A stretch of DNA of 34,635 nt from Candidatus Methylomirabilota bacterium (GTDB taxonomy: Bacteria > Methylomirabilota > Methylomirabilia > Rokubacteriales > CSP1-6), in the NCBI GenBank assembly GCA_046726415.1, contig JBKPAK010000017.1:1-34635 (forward strand), in the 5' to 3' direction. The notes beneath the pieces were generated by a model. It had not been told where the DNA came from. It saw only the letters and a list, made by a program, of their open reading frames with translations, and did no database searches. Both the position numbers and the translations under genes were made by a program. This document shows positions 7,959 to 16,250 of this stretch, piece by piece (positions within the stretch are counted from its first letter, which is position 1; each line of letters begins with the position of its first letter).

Positions 7959-8699
7959 TTACTTGGCGCCGAGCCGTCCGGCGATCGGGAGCTTGAGCGC
8001 TGGCCCGTTGAGGTCGACGCCGAAGGTGAGCCCCAGGAGGTTCAACTCGATCCCTTCCTCGCGTCCTACGAGAACCCCGCAAAGGCCGAGGATCGAGAGC
8101 TGCAACCCCGGGCCGCCCGGGGTGGAGAGCGAGCCAAGCGACGCTCCGGGCAGGTAGTCCTTCCCGATGGCCGTGGGTGGGAGGTCGAGGCGCAACTCGG
8201 GCACCGCGCGGCCCACGTAGGCGATGAAGGTGTTGCTGTTCGGTCCCGGCCAGAGGCGATACGTGGACGGGTAGGGATAGCTCGCCACGGCTGCCTCGAT
8301 CTTGACGATGAGATCGTCGACGCCGCTGCCCCGCCGATCGACGAGCTTGTTGGGGCGCTCGCCGAACCAGTAATTGTCAGGACCGGTACGGTTCACGCGA
8401 ACGGCCGGAAGGCCGCGATCGACCCCCCATCCAATGACTTCGTACCGCGTGTAGGCGGGTGCCGCACTCCGCTTGACGGCGACCCACGTATGCACACCGA
8501 GGATCCCGCGCCAGCCCAGCGCGCGCGCGGCGTAGACCTGGATCACGGCTTCGCGAGCGGTTTCGGGGTCGGGCGCCTGGTGTGAGGAGTCATGGCGAGC
8601 GTTCCAGAAGTCCCGGCGCGCGGGCAACGCGTTGCAGCTAGCGGCGATGGCGAGAAAACCGACGAGCAGCAGGGATTGCACAACTGCGCGTCGGCTCAC
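7959..8699 (-). CDS. DUF3750-family protein with an N-terminal signal/lipoprotein-like peptide
   Basis: VIQVYAARALGWRGILGVHTWVAVK, YTRYEVIGWG, YRLWPGPNSNTF and LPPTAIGKDY. Hydrophobic N-terminus ending LAIAASC. TATCGT -10 lies 6 nt before GTG 8699. Confidence 0.85.
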   Translation of the reverse strand: MSRRAVVQSLLLVGFLAIAASCNALPARRDFWNARHDSSHQAPDPETAREAVIQVYAARALGWRGILGVHTWVAVKRSAAPAYTRYEVIGWGVDRGLPAVRVNRTGPDNYWFGERPNKLVDRRGSGVDDLIVKIEAAVASYPYPSTYRLWPGPNSNTFIAYVGRAVPELRLDLPPTAIGKDYLPGASLGSLSTPGGPGLQLSILGLCGVLVGREEGIELNLLGLTFGVDLNGPALKLPIAGRLGAK

Positions 8700-8978
8700 C
8701 CCGTCACGATACACCCGGGATTCCTTTCCGGTGGCGACGAAGGGGCGTGGGCCACGCTCGCACCCTGAATAAGCTCCGGGCGCCTGCCGTCTCTTCGGCA
8801 ACGCGCGCTGGCGGGCCACCGCCCGAACCCAGCCAGGCGGCGATGGTCAAGCGCTATCATCCCCCGCCTGATTACATAGATGCTACGTCCGGCCGGGGGG
8901 CGTCATCCCCGGCCGGATCAACGATCTCCTGGAATCCTCTCCTTGCGCTGCGTCATCTCATGTCCAGGAGGGTTGGAG

Positions 8979-9341
8979 ATGATCAGCGTTGTCGTGTCCG
9001 TCCTGCTTCTCGCGATCTTCGTGCTCGGCCCTCTCGTATGGCGAGTCTGGCGTGACCGTCGCGAGGAGCGGGCGCTTGTCGTGCGTTCTGAGATCGAGGC
9101 GGCCGTGCGCCGGGCTCTCGGCGGGGAGTCGCTTGTTTCGATCCAGGTCGAGCCTCCTCGGCCCTTCGTGAACGGACGGGTCATTCTCTCGGTGCCGAGG
9201 GGATGGGACTGGCTGATCCGGGAGGCGTGGACGCGCGTGGTCCCGCATGTGCCACACAACTATGAGCTGGTGGTGCGCCCCGGTGACCAGGACGTGGCTC
9301 CTGCGTACTCGGCAAACCGAGCGGTGCGGCGGGCGGCCTAA
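8979..9341 (+). CDS. hypothetical single-pass membrane protein
   Basis: AGGAGG RBS; N-terminal hydrophobic helix MISVVVSVLLLAIFVLGPLVW followed by a basic stretch and a globular-looking domain. Confidence 0.75.
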   Translation: MISVVVSVLLLAIFVLGPLVWRVWRDRREERALVVRSEIEAAVRRALGGESLVSIQVEPPRPFVNGRVILSVPRGWDWLIREAWTRVVPHVPHNYELVVRPGDQDVAPAYSANRAVRRAA

Positions 9342-9416
9342 CACCTGCGCACCCATCGGGCCGGAGCTCGGACGGGCGCTCAGCAGTGCGCCCCCCGACT
9401 CCATTCTCGCGATAGC

Positions 9417-9454
9417 GACGTTGGTTGTCGTGTCAGACGTTGCTTGCCGTGTCA
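9417..9454. repeat. tandem 19-bp direct repeat upstream of ridA (possible regulator site)
   Basis: GACGTTGGTTGTCGTGTCA followed by GACGTTGCTTGCCGTGTCA (17 of 19 identical). A TATGCT -10-like hexamer lies at 9484-9489. Confidence 0.7.
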
Positions 9455-9530
9455 ATAGTCCGGCGCGCCGAACCGGAACGGTCTATGCTCACTTGGTCGG
9501 TGGTAACCACTGCGAGCAGGGAGGCCAACC

Positions 9531-9923
9531 ATGGCGAAGATCGAGGGGTTCTGCGCGCCTGGCGTCTACGATCCGCCGACGTACACGCAGGGTATCCGGG
9601 TCACTGGTGCCCAGACTATCCTGTTCCTCTCGGGGCAGGTGGCGTACGACAAGGACGGAGGAGTCCTGCACCGCGGCGACTTCAAGGCCCAGGCTCGTGA
9701 GGCGTACCGGGCCCTCAAGGCCCTCGTCGAATCGTCGGGCGGGACGATGGACAGTATCGTGAAGCTCAACACCTATGTCACCGACATTCGCTATCGCGCC
9801 GACCTGATGCCCGTTCGGCAGGAGTTCTTCCCGAGGAGATCGCCTGCCTCCACCCTCGTCCAAGTGAGCGCCCTCGCCCATCCGGACTGGCTGATCGAAA
9901 TCGAAGCCATCGCCGTGGTGTAG
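9531..9923 (+). CDS. RidA/YjgF/UK114-family protein
   Basis: YTQGIRV, LFLSGQV, SIVKLNTYVTD and PASTLVQVSALAHPDWLIEIEAIA; GGGAGG RBS. The usual catalytic Arg position reads PAST rather than PAR. Confidence 0.92.
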   Translation: MAKIEGFCAPGVYDPPTYTQGIRVTGAQTILFLSGQVAYDKDGGVLHRGDFKAQAREAYRALKALVESSGGTMDSIVKLNTYVTDIRYRADLMPVRQEFFPRRSPASTLVQVSALAHPDWLIEIEAIAVV

Positions 9924-9948
9924 GAGTTGGCCACGGGGCGCCGACCGC

Positions 9949-10095
9949 TCAGGGGTCGCTGCAGTCCCTCGCCATGCCGCAATTCGCGCACACGATCTTG
10001 CATTGGCCTTCTTCCATCCGCTCGCCGCAGCGGTCGCAGATGTGTACCCATGGGGAGCTCGCGCCAAGGGGGGACGTGGGGATCCGCTCCTCCAA
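9949..10095 (-). CDS. small six-Cys zinc-finger microprotein (HVO_2523-like pattern), not in the ORF track
   Basis: Manual translation from TTG 10095 gives MEERIPTSPLGASSPWVHICDRCGERMEEGQCKIVCANCGMARDCSDP*. An in-frame TGA lies just upstream, so TTG is the earliest possible start. Confidence 0.75.
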   Translation of the reverse strand: MEERIPTSPLGASSPWVHICDRCGERMEEGQCKIVCANCGMARDCSDP

Positions 10096-10111
10096 AGCGA
10101 GAAGCTCTCAC

Positions 10112-10160
10112 CGCGGCGGAGCGGAAGTCAACGCGGCGGAGCGGAAGTCAACGCGGCGGA
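10112..10160. repeat. 20-bp tandem repeat (2 perfect copies plus a partial third)
   Basis: CGCGGCGGAGCGGAAGTCAA twice, then CGCGGCGGA. Each full copy carries TTGACT on the minus strand. Confidence 0.9.
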
Positions 10161-10211
10161 TCGGAGTCGAGCGGCGCCCCGTGTCATGCGGTCCTCCCGT
10201 ACAATGGGGCC

Positions 10212-10709
10212 GTGAGCAGCCGGTGGAGCGATCCTGAATTCCTGCGCCACATCTTCGAACACACGGAAATTTTGCGCAAACCTCTCACTGGAATCATTAC
10301 CGGCTACCACGTGTTGCCCTACATCTTAGTGGGACCGGAGGAAGATCACCCGCACCGGTCGGTCGAGGTGCGCGGACGCATTAAGGTGTCGCCCCGGCTC
10401 GTGATCAGCCCGCGCGAAGGAGGCCTGACCTACGGCGAGTTTTTCTCGGACCGGGAGCTCATGGACCAGGCCATCGTCGCGCGCGTCTTCAGCTTCCGCT
10501 ACGCCTCGCGCGTGAATCTGGAGAACGAGGACCTCAAGATCACTCGCCAGGACCACGACTCGTCGCGACACCTGGAGCGAGTCCTGGACGAGCTGGCCCG
10601 ACGGGAGGTCGTCAACACCGGCGTGATCGCCGCGCCCGATGTCCGTTTCTACCCGGTGTCCATCGACCGCTTCATCCGGGAGCTGCTGGACCAAGAATTT
10701 GCCGGCTAG
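10212..10709 (+). CDS. hypothetical protein (165 aa)
   Basis: Protein-like composition (HTEILRKPLTGIITGYHVLPYILVG...FYPVSIDRFI) and strongly GC-biased third positions. TACAAT lies 6 nt before the GTG start. Confidence 0.8.
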   Translation: MSSRWSDPEFLRHIFEHTEILRKPLTGIITGYHVLPYILVGPEEDHPHRSVEVRGRIKVSPRLVISPREGGLTYGEFFSDRELMDQAIVARVFSFRYASRVNLENEDLKITRQDHDSSRHLERVLDELARREVVNTGVIAAPDVRFYPVSIDRFIRELLDQEFAG

Positions 10710-10757
10710 AGCCAGCGCCGGAGGCGCGGTCGCCTTGACAGGTCAGGGCGCGGATGG

Positions 10758-11211
10758 ACCTTTCAGGTCATCCGGGTGTTTCCCGAGCTGACCGCGCTGG
10801 AGAACCTGCTCGTGGCCACCCGAGGGCGTCACGAGGAGGCCCGTGCCCCGCGCCCGGGAACTGCTGCGCTTCGTGAAGCTCGAGCGACTCGCCGGGAATA
10901 CGCGGGCAACCTCTCCTACGGGCAGCAGAAATTCATCGAATTCGCGCGCATGGTGATGCGCGACCCCATCCTCGTCCTGCTCGACGAGCCCGCCGCTGGC
11001 GTCAACCGGACGCTGCTAGTGACCTCCTGGACGCCGTGTGCGAGCCGCGCGACCGCGGCAGACCGTGCTCGTCGTCGAGCACGACATGAAGGTCGTGATG
11101 GGACTCTGTGAGACGGTGTTCGTCCACGACCACGGCGAGAAGATCGCGGAGGGACCACCGGGCGTCATCCAGGCCGATGAGCGGGTCATTGAGGCGTACT
11201 TCGATCGTTAA
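10758..11211 (+). pseudogene. livG: degraded LivG-type branched-chain amino acid ABC ATPase
   Basis: Fragments TFQVIRVFPELTALENL, LSYGQQKFIEF, LLDEPAAGVN, VLVVEHDMKVVMGLC and IEAYF are spread over different frames. The Walker A/N-terminus is missing. Confidence 0.85.
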
Positions 11212-11221
11212 CACCATCCTG

Positions 11222-12649
11222 GTGGCGGCCTACGCGGCGGTGGCGACGGCGCTCGCCGGCCGATCGCTTGCCTGGCCCCTCATCCACGACGCGCCAATCA
11301 TGCACTACCTCGCCTGGCGCATCGGCCACGGGGCGGTGCCGTACCGCGATCTCTTCGACATGAACTTCCCCGGCACCTATCTGGTGCACCTGGCCGCGCT
11401 CCAGGCGTTCGGCGCGAGCGACGCCGGCTGGCGAGCCTTCGACCTCACCTGGCTCGCCCTCACCTCGCTGAGCCTCGCTGCCTTCGCGCGACCCTGGGGA
11501 TGGGCGGCCGCCGCGGGAAGCGCGCTGTTCTTCGCGGTCTGCCACCTTTCGGGAGGAGCGTGGCAGGCGGGTCAGCGCGACTTCGTGCTGGCGGTGTTCC
11601 TGGTGCTCGGCGCGCTTGCCGTGGCCCGCTGGACGTCGGGAAGGGGAAGGATAAATCTCGCGTGGGGTGGCCTCGCGCTGGGCGCGGGGATCACCATCAA
11701 GCCCCACGCACTGCTGTTCGCGGGTGGGCTGGCGGCGGTCGTGCTCGTGGTGGGTCTCCGCGAAGGAGCAGCCGTGACCGCGCCGCTGGTGACTTTACTC
11801 GGGGCGATGGTCGTCGTGCCAGCGGCGGTGGTGACGTGGATCGCCGCCGCCGGTGGATTTCCGGCGTGGCGCGATATCGTGGTCCACTACCTCGTGCCCT
11901 ACTACATCCGCCTGGGTCGCCCCCGTTCCTGGGCCTTCCCTCGGTGGTACGTGTGGATCCCCGTTGCGGCCGCCGTGAGCCTCTCGGTCGGTCATGCCGT
12001 GCTCGCGCGCAGGTTCGCCGTGCGGCACGCGATTGCCGTGCTGGGCGTCACCTACGGGCTCGTTCACTTCTTCGGGCAAGGCAAGGGCTGGGAGTACCAC
12101 GCTTACCCGCTTCTTGCCTTCGTGGCGCTCCTCGCGTTTGCCGAACTGACCGCGGCGTTCGGGTGTCGTCGGCTCCTGGGTTTCCCCCTCGTCGCCAGCC
12201 TCGCCATTGCCCTCGTGCTCCTGGCCCAACGGGGGGTGGAGGCCACCAACGCGAGTTGGATCCGTGAGAAGGAGGATCTGGTCGGGGTCGTGACGCGCGA
12301 TCTCGCCGCGCTGAGTCCGGGAGAGACGGTGCAGGTACTCGACACCACCGACGGGGGCATCCATGCCCTGCTGCGCTTGGGAGCCGTCCAGCCCACGCGC
12401 TTTCTATACGACTTTCACTTCTTCCACGACGAAGCCACCCCCGAGATCCGGGCCCTGCGGGCAGAGCTGATGCGCGATCTGACGGCCCGTCCGCCGCGCT
12501 TCGTCGTCCTGTTCGCGCGGGGCTGGCCAGCCGGCGGCGCCGAGCGCGTCGCCCGTTTTCCCGAACTGGGCTGCTGGCTGGCCGAGCGCTACCGAGTCGT
12601 CCGGGATCGGCCCGGCTACATCGTCTATGAGAAGCGACGCGATCCGTAA
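11222..12649 (+). CDS. integral membrane GT-C-type glycosyltransferase (ArnT/PMT_2-like)
   Basis: HDAPIMHYLAWRIGHGAVPYRDLFDMNFPGTY, GQRD, IKP and GWEYHAYP motifs, many TM segments and a soluble C-terminal domain. The start is uncertain (11207-11222 region). Confidence 0.75.
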   Translation: MAAYAAVATALAGRSLAWPLIHDAPIMHYLAWRIGHGAVPYRDLFDMNFPGTYLVHLAALQAFGASDAGWRAFDLTWLALTSLSLAAFARPWGWAAAAGSALFFAVCHLSGGAWQAGQRDFVLAVFLVLGALAVARWTSGRGRINLAWGGLALGAGITIKPHALLFAGGLAAVVLVVGLREGAAVTAPLVTLLGAMVVVPAAVVTWIAAAGGFPAWRDIVVHYLVPYYIRLGRPRSWAFPRWYVWIPVAAAVSLSVGHAVLARRFAVRHAIAVLGVTYGLVHFFGQGKGWEYHAYPLLAFVALLAFAELTAAFGCRRLLGFPLVASLAIALVLLAQRGVEATNASWIREKEDLVGVVTRDLAALSPGETVQVLDTTDGGIHALLRLGAVQPTRFLYDFHFFHDEATPEIRALRAELMRDLTARPPRFVVLFARGWPAGGAERVARFPELGCWLAERYRVVRDRPGYIVYEKRRDP

Positions 12650-13280
12650 CGTGATCCGCGCGTACGATGACCCGGTCGTGCGGGCGTACTGTTGGGCGCG
12701 TTTCTGGATCCTGCGCCAGCGCTTTCTCGACGAGATCGGGCAGTACCTGCCCACCGCCGGCCCGGTGCTGGACATCGGCTGTGGGTTCGGGCTCTTTTCC
12801 CTTTACTACGCCTCCCTGGAGCCGGGGCGCTTCCTCCGCGGCGTCGATCTCAACCCTCGCCGCATTGCCATGGCCCGGCGGGCGGCCGCGCGGCTGGGGA
12901 CGCAGAACGTCGCGTATGAGGAAGGCGATGCACAACACTTCAAGGGCGACCAGGAGATGGCGGCCGCCTATATGCTCGACATCGTCCATCACATTGCGCC
13001 GGCCACCGTCCTCCCCCTCTTGGGCCAGCTCTACCGTTGCCTCCAACCAGGCGGGCATCTGCTCGTGAAGGACGTCGACACTCATCCCCGGCCGAAGCGC
13101 TGGTTCACCTGGATCCTCGATCGCGCCATGGCGCCGGGCACCCCGGTGCACTACTGGCCGTCCGAGGCGCTGGCTGCGGCGCTGGACGAGACCGGCTTCC
13201 GAGTTCGGCGGCATCTCATGGTGGACTTCCTGCCCTATCCCCACGTCCTCTATGTCTGCCAGAAGCCCGCGGCGCGGTGA
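12627..13280 (+). CDS. class I SAM-dependent methyltransferase
   Basis: VLDIGCGFG motif I, GVDLN, LDIVHH and LQPGGHLLV. Overlaps the upstream gene. Confidence 0.9.
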   Translation: MRSDAIRNVIRAYDDPVVRAYCWARFWILRQRFLDEIGQYLPTAGPVLDIGCGFGLFSLYYASLEPGRFLRGVDLNPRRIAMARRAAARLGTQNVAYEEGDAQHFKGDQEMAAAYMLDIVHHIAPATVLPLLGQLYRCLQPGGHLLVKDVDTHPRPKRWFTWILDRAMAPGTPVHYWPSEALAAALDETGFRVRRHLMVDFLPYPHVLYVCQKPAAR

Positions 13281-13891
13281 GTCCGCCAATCCTGGTGGCC
13301 AAGCGTTTGACCGCCGGGTACGGCAAGATCGACATCCTGCATGAGGTGTCGCTCGATGTGCGTCTGGGGGAGATCGTCAGCATCATCGGCCCCAACGGCG
13401 CCGGCAAGTCCACCGCCTTCCAGACGATCGTGGGGGTTCTCCCCTCTCGCCCGGGGCGGGTGGTGTTCGGGGATGCCGATATCACCGGGCTGAGTCCCGA
13501 TTTTCGTCCTCCGACGCGGCCTGGCCTACGTGCCGCAGGGCCGCATTGTATTCCCCCAGATGACCGTGCTCGAGAAACCGGCAAGCAGAAGGCAGGCACC
13601 ATGTCGGGCGGTGAGCAGCAGATGCTGGCCATCGGCCACCCCATCATGACTACGCCCAAGTTGATCATGCTCGACGAGCCGTCACTCGGCCTCTCGCCGA
13701 AATTCGTCACGCTGATCTTCGGGAAGCTCGGGGAGATGGAGTGGGAGGGCGACACGCTCATGATCGTCGAGCAGAATGCCGCCCGCGCGCTGGCCCTCGC
13801 CGATCGCGCGTACGTGCTGGAACTGGGGCGCAACCGCTTCGAGGGGCCGGGGCGCGAGCTCCTCCTCGACCCCGAGGTCAAACGCCTCTAA
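13277..13891 (+). pseudogene. livF: degraded LivF-type ABC ATPase (frameshift plus internal deletion)
   Basis: GPNGAGKST, MSGGEQQMLAIG, LDEPSLGL and VEQN are in frame. The conserved RRGLAYVPQGRIVFPQMTVLE lies in another frame (about 13505-13575), and the helical segment after it is deleted. Confidence 0.8.
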
Positions 13892-14709
13892 CTGGGCGGA
13901 TAGGCCCGGCGCTGGCGCAGGCGAGCCGCGAGCCGCTCGCCCACGCGGCGCACGTCCACTGGGAGGGCGTGCCTCCACTTCTGCGCGAAGCGCGCGAGCG
14001 CCGTGCGCCGCTGAGCGAGATCGGCCGATACGCTGAGGGGCGCCGACGGCCCGGTGCGGGTGCCGCCCCCGCGATGGACGAAGGGCGCGTTCACCACCAC
14101 GCAGCGCCGCCCGGTGGCGCGGACCGCGAGGGACAGATCCCGGTCGTAGCCGTGCAGGAACCCGTAGCCCTCGTCGAAGCCACCTACCTGGGTGAACACG
14201 GTGCGCGGAAGGAAGAGGCACACGCCGTCGACGGCGGCGACCTCGACGACGGGCTCGCGGATCGTCGGCCCTTCGGCGAGGCAGTGGACGATGCTGCGCC
14301 CCGCGTAGCGGCCATCCCGCCGCAGGCGGCGGGCGCCGTACAGCCCGGCCAGCCCGACGTCTCTCGCCGAGGCCACCGCCCCTTGGAACTTGTCGAGCCA
14401 GCGGGCATCCAGCATTTCGGTGTCGTTGTGCAGGAAGCACAGGGCATCGCCGCCCGCCAGCCCGGCGCCCTGGTTGAGGGCGCGGATGAGTCCGATGTTC
14501 TCGGCATTGCGCTGATAGCGCAGCGTCCGGTCGCCGCGCCAGCCCGCGAAGTACTCTGCCGTTCCGTCGCTGGAGGCGTTGTCGACGACACACAGCTCGA
14601 AGCGCCGCGTAGTCCGGCGCAAGCTGTCGATGCAGGCCCGGGTAAGCTCGATCTGATTGTAAACGACGAGGACGATGCTGGCCCTGGGAGACGAGGGTGC
14701 CGGTGTCAC
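13888..14709 (-). CDS. glycosyltransferase family 2
   Basis: SIVLVVYNQ, VVDNASSDGT, ALNQG, FLHNDT and GGFDEGY. Confidence 0.9.
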   Translation of the reverse strand: MTPAPSSPRASIVLVVYNQIELTRACIDSLRRTTRRFELCVVDNASSDGTAEYFAGWRGDRTLRYQRNAENIGLIRALNQGAGLAGGDALCFLHNDTEMLDARWLDKFQGAVASARDVGLAGLYGARRLRRDGRYAGRSIVHCLAEGPTIREPVVEVAAVDGVCLFLPRTVFTQVGGFDEGYGFLHGYDRDLSLAVRATGRRCVVVNAPFVHRGGGTRTGPSAPLSVSADLAQRRTALARFAQKWRHALPVDVRRVGERLAARLRQRRAYPPS

Positions 14710-14749
14710 AATGCCAGGGCGACGGAACGAGAGGCGGTGGATGGATGTT

Positions 14750-14825
14750 TGGTGGAGCTGAGGGGGCTCGAACCCCTGACCCCAAGACTGCCAGCCTTGT
14801 GCTCTCCCAACTGAGCTACAGCCCC
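14750..14825 (-). tRNA. tRNA-Ala(GGC)
   Basis: Acceptor stem GGGGCTG/CAGCTCC with G3:U70, anticodon loop CTGGCAG, GTTCGAG T-loop and CCA; 76 nt. Confidence 0.97.
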
Positions 14826-14838
14826 ACCGCGAGCAGTC

Positions 14839-14867
14839 ACGTTACAAGGGAGGGTGAGGAGTGTCAA
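14839..14867 (-). promoter_or_regulatory. sigma70 promoter for tRNA-Ala
   Basis: TTGACA-N17-TAACGT, ending 13 nt before the tRNA 5' end. It overlaps the RBS and start of the divergent serine hydrolase. Confidence 0.75.
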
Positions 14868-16054
14868 GGAATCGGACGGCCCTGACGATTCGCTCGCTGT
14901 GCCTGGTGACCGCTCTGGCAGCGCTTTGCGCCTCTGGCGCCGAAGCCCAGATCAACCTCCGCCAGGTGCTGGAACCGTACCTCGCCACCTATGGCCTCCC
15001 CGCCCTCGCCGCCGCGGTCGTCAAGGACGGCAAGGTCGTAGCGGCCGGCGCCGTGGGCACACGCAAGGTGGGAACGAAGATTCCGGTGACGACGGGGGAT
15101 CGGTTCCACCTCGGATCCGACACCAAGGCGATCACCGCGCTGCTCGCAGCCCTCCTCGCCGAGGAGGGCAGGCTCAGCTGGACATCGACGGTGGCCGAGA
15201 TCTTCCCGGAGTTGGCGCCGACCATGACCGCCGGCCTTCGAGCCGTCACGCTTCAGCAACTCCTGTCTCACACGAGCGGCATCCCCAGCGACAACGCCGC
15301 CTTCGATGACCTTCTCGGCAAAACCGCCCTCCAGGAGGGCAACCTCGACGACTTGCGCTACTTCATGGTCCAGCAGTGGAGCGCGCAACCGCTCTCGACG
15401 GAACCCGGCACTGCGTTCGCGTACTCGAACATGGGGTACACGCTCGCCGGGGCCATGTTGGAGCGTGTGGGTGGCAAGACGTGGGAGGAGTTGGTGACGG
15501 AGCGGATCTTCAAGCCGCTTGGCCTGGCGTCCGCGGGATTCGGACCGCAAGCAACCCTGGGCAAGGTCGACGCGCCGCTCGGCCACGCCGTGGTCGACGG
15601 CAAGCTCAAGGCGTTCTTGGCCGGGCCCGGCGCCGACAACCCACTCGTGATCGGACCGGCCGGAACGGTCCACATGTCCCTCCTCGACTTCGCGAAATGG
15701 GCGGGGTGGAACGCCGGTGAGGGCCGGCGGGGTCCGCGGTTGGTGCGGCCGGAGACGCTGCGGACGCTTCACACCCCCGTGATCTCGATGCCGGATCGTC
15801 CGGACGCAGCACCGGGGACACCATCGCGCGGGAAATATGCCCTCGGCTGGGGTCAGGTCATCGCCGAGTGGGCGCCCGAGCCGTTTGTTTATCACGGCGG
15901 ATCGAACCTGAAGAACCTCGCCCATATCCTGCTCCAGCCGAAGCACGACTTCGGCCTGGTCCTCGTCACGAACGTCTCCGGAACGAAGGCCGATCAGGCG
16001 TTTCTCGCCCTGGCTCAGCAGCTCTCTCGAGCGTATGGCCCTCCGAGGAAGTGA
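14861..16054 (+). CDS. secreted serine hydrolase, beta-lactamase/AmpC-like family
   Basis: Signal peptide ending AEA; FHLGSDTK (SxxK), LLSHTSG, FAYSN (YxN) and HGGS. Confidence 0.9.
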   Translation: MSRNRTALTIRSLCLVTALAALCASGAEAQINLRQVLEPYLATYGLPALAAAVVKDGKVVAAGAVGTRKVGTKIPVTTGDRFHLGSDTKAITALLAALLAEEGRLSWTSTVAEIFPELAPTMTAGLRAVTLQQLLSHTSGIPSDNAAFDDLLGKTALQEGNLDDLRYFMVQQWSAQPLSTEPGTAFAYSNMGYTLAGAMLERVGGKTWEELVTERIFKPLGLASAGFGPQATLGKVDAPLGHAVVDGKLKAFLAGPGADNPLVIGPAGTVHMSLLDFAKWAGWNAGEGRRGPRLVRPETLRTLHTPVISMPDRPDAAPGTPSRGKYALGWGQVIAEWAPEPFVYHGGSNLKNLAHILLQPKHDFGLVLVTNVSGTKADQAFLALAQQLSRAYGPPRK

Positions 16055-16081
16055 GGCGGGCACTCCCGAACGGCATGGGCG

Positions 16082-16168
16082 TGGTGCCGAAGGTGGGAGT
16101 CGAACCCACACACCCTTCCGGGTACACGATTTTGAGTCGTGCGCGTCTGCCAGTTCCGCCACTTCGGC
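16082..16168 (-). tRNA. tRNA-Leu(CAA)
   Basis: Acceptor stem GCCGAAG/CTTCGGC, anticodon arm CACGA-CTCAAAA-TCGTG, long variable arm and CCA; 87 nt. Confidence 0.97.
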
Positions 16169-16250
16169 GCGATCACTAGGATAGCCGATTGACCCGAGCG
16201 GGGCAGCGCTTCGCGCTAGGCCGTGACCCCACCCGTTAGAGTACCGCGCG

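Noticed and set aside
14861-16054. Bona fide antibiotic-resistance beta-lactamase
   Set aside because: Only family-level motifs (SxxK, YxN, HGG) are seen. These are shared by esterases and peptidases, so activity cannot be assigned.
14750-16168. Genomic island with att repeats at tRNA-Leu or tRNA-Ala
   Set aside because: I found no duplicated tRNA 3' end and no integrase nearby.
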